Shown here piece after piece: positions 25,261 through 41,400 of a stretch of DNA of 64,000 bases (its first letter is position 1; every line of letters starts with the position of its first letter). Both the position numbers and the translations under genes were made by a program. The notes below the pieces were generated by a model. It was not told where the DNA came from. It saw only the letters and a list, made by a program, of their open reading frames with translations, and made no database searches. This DNA is from Macrostomum hystrix (taxonomy: Eukaryota; Animalia; Platyhelminthes). The stretch lies in assembly GCA_950097015.1 (NCBI GenBank), contig CATNEN010000038.1:372001-436000 (forward strand), in the 5' to 3' direction.

Positions 25261-26194
25261 ATTTGTTAAATTTTAGGACGTAATAAGAACAAAAAATGCG
25301 GCAGTGGCTACCAGAATTAGAATCGCACGTCTGGTCAATGGACTGGGGTGTGAGGGGGCACACACAAAGGAAAGCGCAGATAACGGCATTTCGACTTCTC
25401 ACCTGCTATACATGTGCTCTATAAAGGTTTCAGGTGCAGAGAGTCGCAGTTTCACTGCAATTCCTGCGTGTTGAATTCCTTGAGAAATTATCCTGGCGCG
25501 GGCTGGTGTGTCGGCTTGTTAAATACCCTCCAACTGAAGCCCTTCCAATTAGGGCCTGGTCAACCACGGCCTCGAGAGAAACAATGCCATCTATAGCCTC
25601 GCCGAAACGAATCACACACAATGGGGCCGGCGATTTTTAATGATCTGTCCTCGAATAAATTTGCCTAGATCCCGCCTGTTTATGCGTCTGGGACACGCAG
25701 CCGAAATTACTGAGCATCTTTTGATGATGATCAATGGGATTTCATGCAAGTTGCAAGCCTCGAAAAGTTGTTTTTTTTTTAATGCCGTCTGCTCAAGACT
25801 GCAAGCTCTCTAATTAGGATCTAGACACCGACTGTGTGACATATAATGATGATGATGGTGTTGGTGGCGAATCAGTTTGTAGTATGTCATACAGAAATAT
25901 GTCAATATGCACTTATTTAAGCAGTTTTAAAGATTGGACTACGTTAAACATTTTACTGAAAATTTGTTAATTTGCCTTATTATTCGCCCATTATTATCGT
26001 GCCTTCACTGATTAGTGAAATCAACAAAGACCTGCCTTATTTGTATTGTTCCTCCAGTTGGAGATTAGTTTATTCTTCAGAAACCACAGCCCTTCATAAG
26101 CTTAATGTCGGATGTACCAACCACCGTGTGTGTGTGTGTCCGATTAGGTCTCATTGTGATAAACCGATTCCGGTGGGGTGGCACTCAAGGAGGC

Positions 26195-27631
26195 AGTGGC
26201 ACAGATCCTGTGGCATAGATCCTGTTGCACAGTAGTGTCACTGATCCTGTTGCACAGTAGTGGCACTGATCCTGTGGCACAGTAGTGGCACTGATCCTGT
26301 GGCAAAGTAGTGGCACTGATCCTGTGGCACAGTAGTGGCACTGATCCTGTTGCACAGTAGTGGCACTGATCCTGTGGCACAGTAGTGGCACTGATCCTGT
26401 GGCAAAGTAGTGGCACTGATCCTGTGGCACAGTAGTGGCACTGATCCTGTGGCACAGATCCTGTTGCACAGTAGTGGCACTGATCCTGTGGCACAGTAGT
26501 GTCACTGATCCTGTGGCACAGATCCTGTTGCACAGTAGTGGCACTGATCCTGTGGCACAGTAGTGTCACTGATCCTGTGGCACAGATCCTGTTGCACAGT
26601 AGTGGCACAGATCCTGTGGCACAGTCGTGGCACTGATCCTGTGGCACAGATCCTGTTGCACAGTAGTGGCACTGATCCTGTTGCACAGTAGTGGCACTGA
26701 TCCTGTGGCACAGATCCTGTTGCACAGTAGTGGCACTGATCCTGTGGCACAGTAGTGTCACTGATCCTGTGGCACAGATCCTGTTGCACAGTAGTGGCAC
26801 AGATCCTGTGGCACAGTCGTGGCACTGATCCTGTGGCACAGATCCTGTTGCATAGTAGTGGCACAGATCCTGTGGCACAGATCCTGTTGCACAGTAGTGG
26901 CACAGATCCTGTGGCACAGATCCTGTGGCACAGTAGTGGGACAGATCCTGTTGCACAGTCGTGGCACTGATCCTGTGGCACAGTTGTGGCACAGATCCTG
27001 TGGCACAGTAGTGGCACTGATCCTGTGGCACAGATCCTGTTGCACAGTATAGTGGCACTGATCCTGTGGCACAGATCCTGTTGCACAGTAGTGGCACTGA
27101 TCCTGTGGCACAGTAGTGTCACTGATCCTGTGGCACAGATCCTGTTGCACAGTAGTGGCACTGATCCTGTGGCACAGATCCTGTTGCACAGTAGTGGCAC
27201 AGATCCTGTGGCACAGTAGTGGGACAGATCCTGTTGCACAGTCGTGGCACTGATCCTGTGGCACAGTAGTGGCACAGATCCTGTGGCACAGTCGTGGCAC
27301 TGATCCTGTGGCACAGTAGTGGCACTGATCCTGTGGCACAGTAGTGGCACAGATCCTGTGGCACAGTCGTGGCACTGATCCTGTGGCACAGTAGTGGCAC
27401 TGATCCTGTGGCACAGTCGTGGCACTGATCCTGTGGCACAGTAGTGGCACTGATCCTGTGGCACAGTAGTGGCACAGATCCTGTGGCACAGTCGTGGCAC
27501 TGATCCTGTGGCACAGTAGTGGCACTGATCCTGTGGCACAGTAGTGGCACAGATCCTGTGGCACAGTCGTGGCACTGATCCTGTGGCACAGTAGTGGCAC
27601 TGATCCTGTGGCACAGTAGTGGCACAGATCC
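26195..27631. repeat. Compound minisatellite of 25-bp (GTGGCACAGTAGTGGCACTGATCCT) and 14-bp subunits
   Basis: Directly visible; the source of the repetitive ORFs in the track. Confidence 0.95.
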
Positions 27632-27989
27632 TCGCCATTCCAAAGCACCAAACAGCTGAAGGAGAAGGAAGCTTTCAAGATGCGCGCGGGATGACCTGGA
27701 AAAGTTCTCTCTTGCTTTACTCATATCTCTGTGTTCAAAGCCATAGTTTTACCAATTAGTGCTTTTTTGTTCTTGTAATAATCTCGCAAACAGCCTGCAT
27801 TCGCGATTCTAGATCAACCATCTACGCTTTTTCAGAGCTGTCATGCAGTTGTATCTTTCTCTTTTATGTCGTATATTTTAACCAGAGATAATAAAACACT
27901 TATATTATTGTATAGGGTTATATTGTATCTGTGATTTTTACTGAATTAATCATTCCATAATGACGTAAAAACTCGCCGCATGTACAAAA

Positions 27990-28240
27990 TTAGGCCGAAA
28001 AGCATTCTTAAGCAAAGCAAACCTAATATGGCTTCGATTGCATGCGGCCATTTTCGTGAAGAAGGCCAGAAGACAAGAATAGGCATGAAAAAATGGCGAG
28101 AAAATCGTTGGGTTTTCGGTGCGAAAACTCACGGCGGCAAAGTCTCGGTGGGGAAAGATCCTGCGTGAAAGCTCGGCGGGAAAACCGCGTCTGAGGGAAA
28201 GTCTCGTGCTCCCGTCTTTGCGTGTCTGCAGCTCTGATTG
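27990..28240. promoter_or_regulatory. Candidate promoter island upstream of the PAK gene
   Basis: Local CpG-rich island within AT-rich DNA, with two opposed YY1-like motifs (GCGGCCATTTT ~28044, AAAATGGCG ~28090) and a reverse CCAAT box (GATTGG ~28237). Confidence 0.35.
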
Positions 28241-31199
28241 GTTGTCATTCCTACAAGATAGTTATGGTAGCTTATTATTGCCTTTTTTAATTTCTTTATT
28301 ACTAATTTTCCTTTTGCGAAAATTTCAAAATTAAGCATTTTATATTCTTAACGATATTCAAGGATGTTTTGTTTGACAGGCCTTGTTCTGAAATAATTAT
28401 ATAGTATTTAATTTGATTTGTTCGACGGAAATGTTTCTTAGAACAGTAAGCTTCTTGCACAATCGCAGCATATAAACAAGGCATACTACACACATGACTA
28501 CTTTGTTCTAGCTAAGGAGCCTAAAGCTATTATAAAGTATCTAATAACATCTATAGATTTTTCAAAATTTAAACATTTAAACTCCGATATATCTGTAAAT
28601 GTAACCTTAATATATCTCCTCAAAGTCATTTACTTAACATTGAAAAACTTAAAAAGAGATTAACCACTAACATTTCAGTCAGTAGTATCACCTGTGCTTA
28701 GTTTGTAAATGTCGTAGGGATATTATATTTTTAGTTCAATTCTGCTAAATTTCACACCAGAAAAAAACACTTTATTATTTATTCAGACTCAGAGTTGTTA
28801 TTTACTGGTGTCTGAGTGGCAAGACACTTATTAATGTGGGAGGCCCTCTCTTCTTTTTATTGGCCTACTATCTCCAAAAACTGCTATATAATTTCGCTTA
28901 AACTATTCCTATTTGCTATTTCACTTCAGCATTTATTATTGGCAAATTTTAACAGCATATTTTCTGGTTCTGGTACACTGTTAAACAATTATTTTAATTA
29001 TTTCAGATCAATATTTTATTATTATTAGGTTATAGTAGCAATTTTGTGTCCAAGCAGCAAGACACTATATTAATTTCCTACTTTTAGCATAATGTAGCAA
29101 ATGCACTGGTTTTGAATAATCCTATTAAGCTTCCAATGGACTAGGTGTAACAGGGCTTGTCTCTCTACTTTCTCTCTCTCTTGGTAGCGTATCTTTTGGC
29201 CCCTTCCGCTCTTTTATCTCCTTCTCTACTGTTCACGTTCTCTGTATGTCTTTAACTCGGTGGCCCTGAAAAGGGCCGTTTTAACTTCACAACTCTTACG
29301 TTGTGAGCTTCTCCTAGGTAGCGCTTCTGCACTTGCACGAGCGGTTTATCCCTCTAAGGCACTGGTCTCTTATTCTCCAGTCTCTGCTGGGCGTTTCTCC
29401 AGGATCAGAGGGTCACAGCCTCAATCCTCGGTTTCGCACTAAATGCGTTTCCTCAATAATTAACACAACAAGTTTACTTTATTCAAATAGATCTTCTTTT
29501 CTCAGATTTTGCCTTTCTTGGCTCACTGGCGGGTTGTATTATTACCACAAAAACTCCCTGCTTATATAGCATTTATAAACTTTGTTTTAATAGCGCGAAT
29601 TTACTAAAATATAAAAAATATTTATAATATGTACCTATATATAATATATATATCGCAAGAAAATATTATAGCGCGAGAAATGAAATTACTACTAGCTATA
29701 ATGCAAAATATATAGAACTACTACATAGGCCTATCCAATCCTATATTCCTATATTCTAGAACATATTTAGCATATGTATAATGACTATATTATCCAAATG
29801 TAAATAATTAACACAAGAAACAACTTCAATTAAAATCACTTTAACTCTCTATTCACTATTTCTGTTTTTCTCCTTCTTTCAAATAGCTCTTTATTTGGGG
29901 CAAACATATTGAGTCTCTTACACTGGCCTAAAAATTCATGACATATTATGATATATAGTATTTAGATAGGTTTGGCAGTTGAAAACCCCTATTGGAATCC
30001 ATATTGTGGAAGGTTTTCTATATACGCTGGACACATTTTCATTGAATTTTCAATTGTATGCCAACTAATTTATATTGTATACCAACTTTCTTAATTTGTG
30101 TCAACAAAAACTATGTGCTACTTGCCTATTGCAAGTTTATTATGATTAAGCCACAAAAAAGAAAATAAGTGAAAGAAAAAACATACTAAAAATGACCAAT
30201 AAATAAAACACAGATTATTATAATTATTAATTTTTTACATTTTAATTTAATTTACAAAAAATGGATACCCACATGACAATTATTGTGATGATTCCGTACC
30301 TAATTAAAATGATGAGTAAATGAGAAAATAGTAGCAAAAAGGTTTTTGAAATAACTTAACACAGAAAAATGCCCAAAAAATTATTTATATAAATTTGTAT
30401 GCCAGTTTTGTATGCCACACTGTACCCCACACTGTATACAGCCAAGAAATGTATACTGGTGTACGCCACAGAACTCAAGTGTATGCCAGAAAATTCCAGC
30501 ATGCACCCCTCCTTCCACAATATGGATTGGAATAAATGTTGTAAACCTGTGGACGCGTGCTTTAGAATTAAGAAGGATTGAGAAAGGTGCTCTTTAGCCA
30601 TCCCTCTTTCTGCTGGCTGCTCAAGTCTTTTTGAGTAGCAGTTAAGTAGGAAAGTGCATATCTAAAAAGTAGGAAGTATAAAGTAGGAAATCTGAAAAGT
30701 GTGCCAGATGCCATCCACAGATTTTTAACTTTTTTCCAATAGGGTTGACAACTTGATGGTCATTTTGTCTGCCCCATTTTGGTCTGCCACATTTTGTCTG
30801 CCAATATATGATAGAGTCATTCCATGCCTAATTGACAAGGACATATTAAGGACTTTTTATTAAGGTTTATGGTCCATTAGCTGGCCATTTGACTGTTAAT
30901 ACTATACAATGTAAATATAAGTTTGCTGTAAAATGTCAATAATTGCAAGCAAGCACATGCAATAGTGCCATGCAAGCACAATTTAATAGCACCTTGCAAT
31001 AGCTGATATACAAGGATAAAGTCAGTTCATGTAGTTGCTATAGCAGTAGAAACGAAGTTGACTTTGTTATTGAAAAAGCAAAGCATGTAGCAAAAATAAT
31101 CTTATTCCAGCGCAACAGAATTTTCTTTATCAGGCGCAGTCAGGGAAAGAAAGACCAGTAATAAAAGGACTACAGGATAGTAGACCGGGATCGCACAGC

Positions 31200-35079
<3,880 letters not shown>

Positions 35080-35254
35080 CGCGTTCCCACTTTTGATTAC
35101 TTTGCCATCAATTTACTGGGATTCCCCGTTTTCGATTCTCCTGAGCTAGATTAAATGGGATCAAATTATATAGTATTCGCCATATACGTATTTGCATCTA
35201 ATGAATCCAGGACTTTTATTGATAGTTTTTCCAATCCTTTACTGGGAAATCCCA

Positions 35255-36125
35255 TATTGGATTCTCCACACCTTGCCTCTCCAAATTTGGATTCTCAGAA
35301 ACTGAGATTTCCCGCTTTGGATTCTCCAAAACTGAGATTTCCCTCCTTGGATTCTCGAAACTAGGATTTACCGCTTTGGATTCTCCAAAACGGGGATTTC
35401 CTTCCTTGGATACTCGATACTAGGATTTCCCGCTTTGGATTCTCCAAAACGGGGATTTCCCTCCTTGGATTCTCGAAACTAGGATTTACCGCTTTGGATT
35501 CTCCAAAAAGGGGATTTCTGGCTTTGGATTATCCGAAACGGGGATTTCCAGCTTTGGATTCCCCAAAAACGAGATTTTCCACTTTGCACTCTTCGAAACT
35601 GGGATTTCCCACTTGGGATTCTCCAAAACTGGTATTTCCCTCCTTGGATTCTCGAAAATAGGATTTACAGCTTTGGATTCTCCGAAACGGAGATTTCCGG
35701 CTTTGGATTATCCGTAACGGGGATTTCCAGCTTTGGATTCCCCCAAAATGAGATTTTCCACTTTTCACTCTTCGAAACTGGGATTTGCCTCTTGGGATTC
35801 TCCAAAACTGGTATTTCCCTCATTGGATTCTCGAAAATAGGATTTACCGCTTTGGATTCTCCGAAACGGGGATTTCCAGCTTTGGATTCTCCAAAACGAG
35901 GATTTCCAGCTTTGGATTCTCCAAAACGGGGATTTCCAGCTTTGGATTCTCCAAAACGGGGATTTCCGGCTTTGGATTCTCCGAAACGGGGATTTCCAGC
36001 TTTGGATTCCCCAAAAATGAGATTTCCACTTTGCACTCTTCGAAACAGGGGTTTTCCACTTTGCATTCTCCAAAACGAATATTTCCGACTATGAATTATT
36101 ATTTACTGGGATTTCCAGCTTTTGA
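35255..36125. repeat. 30-bp minisatellite (TTGGATTCTCCAAAACGGGGATTTCCAGCT) downstream of the PAK stop
   Basis: About 28 diverged copies. Confidence 0.92.
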
Positions 36126-37267
36126 TTTACCTTAGTTGTAACTCTCCGTATCTGATTTGTTAGATTTGTTTGCTTGGTCTCCGATGTAAGCTATCCATTT
36201 TTTGATGGACTCAAATCTTGAAGTACATTGCAAGTGTCTGATTACTGAAGCTTGTCTAAAGAACTACTGATTTGTTTACCTTGTGGACTAGAGCTGTTGT
36301 ATACAATGTGTCTTGCGGATTCGAATTGTTTTAATCTAGCCACAAAATCAATCCAATTGTTTACCCGCGACCTCTTTAGTTATCTTTTATAATTATATAA
36401 AATTGTACATAAAATGAAGCTATCTGTGCATTCCTAGATAAGCCGTCATTTGTGCCATCGCAAACTCTTTTCCCTCGTTTCCTCTTCTCTTTGCACAATT
36501 TTTGGGACCGTTTTTTAATGAAATTATTCAAACTAAAATGCCGCCTTCACGGAATCAGGTTTCTCGAGCAGTTGAGTATTTTCTAAGCAGAATAATTATG
36601 TTCTCATTTTTTTCAGATACCTGACTTGCACAAATTGAAAACATGCTACTTACAAGTAGTTGCGCTTCCTAATTGTAAATTTTGTTAGTTTTAATTGATA
36701 TAAATTTTAAATTTGTTTGAAACGATAGTTGCAACTTTTTATCAGTAAATTTTGTTAAAAGTAATTTTTCTGTTATAAAGTTAAACAAAAGTAAAACTAA
36801 ATGGTAAAGTTTTTATACTTATAAACTATAAATATTTATATTACCAACAAAATATTTGTATACATCTCACTTTTGAATTATTGCATATCGCTATGCTACT
36901 ACAAGTAGATCATTTTCATGCAATTTAAATTATTTTAGTGCTTCGTATTTTCTGTCAGCTAATTTACAATTTGCATTAACAAAGAAGCACAAATTAATTA
37001 CGCAAATACGTGCACTATCGTTGCTATTAGTTATTTATCAATTTAGATTCCTTCTAAGAGCAGCAAAATTATACATATCAAAATTTTAATTTGCTAAATT
37101 TCTCCTTGTTTATTTTTGCTTTATCAAATTACGTAAAAAACTTAAATTATTTTCTCAAATATACCTGTTCATAGTAAAACAATAATTGATACTCAGTTTT
37201 TTTTTAAACAATAAAATTGTTTATTCCCAGGTTTGCGTTTTCATATTTTGTAATAGCTTACGTTTGC

Positions 37268-37485
37268 GCTCACACAGGTGTGTACATATGCCTTGACTGT
37301 CTCATTGTCAGGCAGTGTGCACTTTCATTATACTTTAGAGGTTGGCCCTCAAGGGCGTAAATTGCACGACAAGCCCCCAAGCCTTCTCTCCGCGGCTGCG
37401 CCCCAAATGAGTGTGGCCTCGCCACGGAATCGAGCTCAGGGACCTTGGTGCGAGAGGCAAACGCGTTAGACCACTCTGCCACTAA
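37268..37485 (-). mobile_element. tRNA-derived SINE (family 1), 5' part
   Basis: Reverse complement of TGGCAGAGTGGTCTAACGCGTTTGCCTCTCGCACCAAGGTCCCTGAGCTCGATTCC. Confidence 0.85.
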
Positions 37486-37614
37486 ACCCTCGATTGGTAA
37501 TTCTCGTACGTAAGCAAACGAGACAACCCGAATCTCAACCTGTTATTATTATTGTGATCACAGTTATATTACGGTTAGCTTTTTTTAAAAAGTACTCTGA
37601 GATTGATAAATCCG

Positions 37615-38160
37615 CCCTTATCTCTTATCTCTTATCCGTCTATTACCTCTCCTCTCTTCCCTGTCTCTTATCTCTCCCTAGTCTTATCTCCCGTGTCTCA
37701 TCTCTCCCCCATTCTCAACTCCCTCTATCCCTTGTCTCTAATCTCTTCCGTGTTTTACCTCTCCCCTGTTTTATCTCCCCCCAGTCTTATCTCCCGTGTC
37801 TCATCTCTCTCCCGTCTATTATCTCCCCCATTACCTCTCCTCTCTTCCCTGTCTCTTGTCACTCCCGTGTCTCATCTCTCCCCCATTCTCAACTCCCTCT
37901 ATCCCTTGTCTCTAATCTCTTCCGTGTTTTACCACTCCCCTTTTTTATCTCCCCCCAGTCTTATCTCCCGTGTCTCATCTCTCTCCCGTCTCTTATCTCC
38001 CCCATTACCTCTCCTCTCTTCCCTGTCTCTTGTCACTCCCGTGTCTCATCTCTCCCCCATTCTCAACCCAGTCTATCTCCTGTCTCTAATCTCTTCCGTG
38101 TCTTATTTTCCCGTATCACATCATTCCCCTGTGTCATTTCCCCCTTTCTTGCCTCTTATG
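37615..38160. repeat. Pyrimidine-rich (TCTCATCTCTCCCC-type) repeat with longer internal duplications
   Basis: Same motif as the reverse complement of the GAGATGAGACAGGG array at 53270-53940. Confidence 0.85.
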
Positions 38161-38432
38161 TCTCAACCCGTCTTTTTCCTTCCCATGCAGTTTGCTCAAA
38201 AGTTTTTTCTCTAGGTCTCCATGTATTTTATCACAATTCCCTTTCTTACATGTATTCACTGTGTCTAAGACACGGGTCTAAACATTTTAGACCTACTGTG
38301 GATGCCCAATGTACGGTTATGTAATGTAGGTATAGGCCTCAATAGCAGTTTTCTACTGGATAAAATCGACAATGACGATTTTCTCAATTCTCGTGGTCCC
38401 TCGAGTGACAGCCAGCGCATATTTCCTGCAAA

Positions 38433-41400
38433 TCACCCGCAAGTCTTCACAAAGCCCAAGCCAGGGCCAGCGCTGCATCCAGCAAGAAAATCTGAGCATA
38501 GCAACAGCCTGCAGAGTCCGGCTGTGGCGTCGAACTCTCCCACGTCGCAGTCACCCTGGGCTGTGGCGCAGAGAGCTGCACACTCGATGCTGCTGCGAGC
38601 TTCTAGCGATGACACAATTGACCTCCTTGGTGTCAGCTTGGTGTTGGCAGGAATGCGACGGAAGCCTTCGGGTGGGTAATGCGATTAAGTCAAATCTCAA
38701 CATTAGTTTTGGGCGCAGCCGCGGAGAGAAGGTTTGGAGGGCTTGCAGTGGTATTGAGTGTACACGGCCTGACGATGAGAAAGTCAGGGCTTTCTCGCCA
38801 GATGTGCAGCACAGACGCTTTCCCGTGGAGTGAAGAATTGGTAATGTCTGCAAGTCTCATGACAATCAGTGTCTGACGGTATCAGATGCACTTTCTATAT
38901 TGGGCCAGTTGCATTTAAAAACAATTAGCTCCCCCATCAAGATAAGCATGAGTTCGTTGTAACTCCTCTCAGCATTTTGCTGTTTACGAGAATCGCCAAA
39001 TAGACTTGTACAGTAGACTAGCAAATTTGCCCCCTTCATAACATGCATGATCACTTGGTAGAAGCTTCTAGTCGTTGAAATATTGTGAATAACCCGTTTC
39101 AAAAAATAGTTAGAGCTTACATTCGCCCTCAAGCTAGCTGAATTGGCTGTACTCACTGAAAGCCTGCTTCAACTCGGCCTTGAGCATCAGCTGGAAGCCG
39201 GTTCTCGGGGCGCCGTCGGCGCAGGTGACAAAGCGAACGGTCATGCAACTGGTTCCCGGTCGATAGCGAACATTGGCACTGAAGCCACCGTCGGCCGATG
39301 GCAGACTGGCCAGAACCTGGCCGCTGCGGCTGTCGAACAGGCTGACCTGGGCGCAGTCGGGCTCCAGGTCGGCGTACGCGAACCAGGCCTCGATGTTTTG
39401 GCTGGGCTGCACTGCCACTAGCCAGGTGCAGTCCAGCCCGCTGGCGTACAGGCTGCCGAATCCGAAATTCCTGTGGCTGGTCAGGGAGCCAGTGTCTTGA
39501 CGGAGCTGCACGGACTGGACGCTTGCATTGCAAGCTTTGATGGAATGTAAAAGTGCATCGATTGGGTGATTGTCATTGAGCGATTGCTTCGCAATGCTGG
39601 AGATGTGTGGACAAACGAGATAACACTTTGCCTCTCGCGCCAAGGTCCCCGAGCTCAAATCCGCGGCGCGGGCACATAATTCATTTGAGTTGGAAGATTT
39701 TTCGATTGAAAGCAAATGAAAGCAACAACGGTGGGACTGAACTCTGCCTGACTGTCTGAGAAAGTCTGGGCAGATACATACCTGTGCTAATGCATGCCAT
39801 AGTATGTTTTCGGGAACATAGGGTGCTCAGGACCAGTGCTCAGGTTCACAGGGTGCATGTGTGTGCTCAGGACAAGGGCTCAGGTTCTCAGGGTGCATGG
39901 GTGTGCTCAGGACAAGGGCTCAGGTTCTCAGGGTGCATGGGTGTGCTCAGGACAAGGGCTCAGGTTCTCAGGGTGCATGGGTGTGCTCAGGACAAGGGCT
40001 CAGGTTCTCAGGGTGCATGGGTGTGCTCAGGACAAGGGCTCAGGTTCTCAGGGTGCATGGGTGTGCTCAGGACAAGGGCTCAGGTTCTCAGGGTGCATGT
40101 GTGTGCTCAGGACAAGGGCTCAGGTTCTCAGGGTGCATGGGTGTGCTCAGGACAAGGGCTCAGGTTCTCAGGGTGCATGGGTGTGCTCAGGACAAGGGCT
40201 CAGGTTCTCAGGGTGCATGTGTGTGCTTCAGGATTGGGTGTGCTTAAATATCATCACAGTCACCCAAATTTCTCCACCAGTTTTTCTGGCACTGATTTTA
40301 CAGGTTAGTAACCTGAAGCAATCTTGAGTTAAGAGTGTCGTTCAAGGACACAAATTCTAAGAACGGGTTGGAAGTCGCAAAACTCACTCCAGGCTCGCAC
40401 TCTCTCTTTGGCAGAGAACCGAAGCTCGAATCCTGCGAATTGCGTGTCGGAATTGCTGACAAACTGCACATGGGCAGTGTTGCTCTCAGACTCCAGGACG
40501 GCCTCTTCAAGCCAAATCTGATCTCGCCTGCTCACGGTCTGCACCAGTCGGTCTCCGTCGAACACCATCACAGCGTCATTGCTTGGCTCCAGATCAACGA
40601 AGACAAACCAGAGCCTGATGAGGTACCCGACAGGCGTCCTGATGGTCCACAGGCAGTTCTGGTCGCTGGAGTAGGCGCTGTGCCTGTCGAATCCTTGGTG
40701 GCTTGTGATGCTGACTGGCTGAGTGGCCTTCGGATCGGCTAGCAGCGACTTCTCCGAGTTGCTGCTGTTGCACGCTTTAAGTTAGAGAAATTTCAGCTTA
40801 ATGTCTAGATACCAGCAGCGGTGAACTCCTTAGTATAACATACTTTTGTTATACTGACAACTTCACCCGCACTAATTTGATTCTTTTGATTAGCAGCGCG
40901 GTAATAAAGCATCTGTCTTTTGTACCAAGGTCCCTGAGCTCGATTCCGCGGCCAGGCCACATTTATTGAGGGTTTCTGGAGGCCCCAGCAACCGAAGACA
41001 CAGTGATAGCTATATTTCCTGATTGCGAGACATTCAGGCCAGATTTACACACCCGTGTACGTGTGTGCCTGCGTACGGTATCTGTGTGATTGTGCGTGTG
41101 CTCAGGATTCAGTGTACGTGTGTGCCTGCGTACGGTATCTGTGTGATTGTGCGTGTGCTCAGGATTCAGTGTACGTGTGTGCCTGCGTACGGTATCTGTG
41201 TGATTGTGCGTGTGCTCAGGATTCAGTGGAGTGGAAACGGGTCGGTAATAAGAGGCTCGCAATAGACTACTGAACCATTTATAAAGTATTTAAACAAATT
41301 TTCTGTGCTGAGAATGGAGTTCCCGGCGGACATCGGGAAGCTCGCCATATTTCAAAACTCACAGAAGCTGGCAGTCATCGGCATTGACGAGTACTCGAAG

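Noticed and set aside
26144-27724. Long Cys/His-rich ORFs (up to 378 aa) on both strands
   Set aside because: They are translations of a 25/14-bp minisatellite that is open in several frames, with no domain or splice support.
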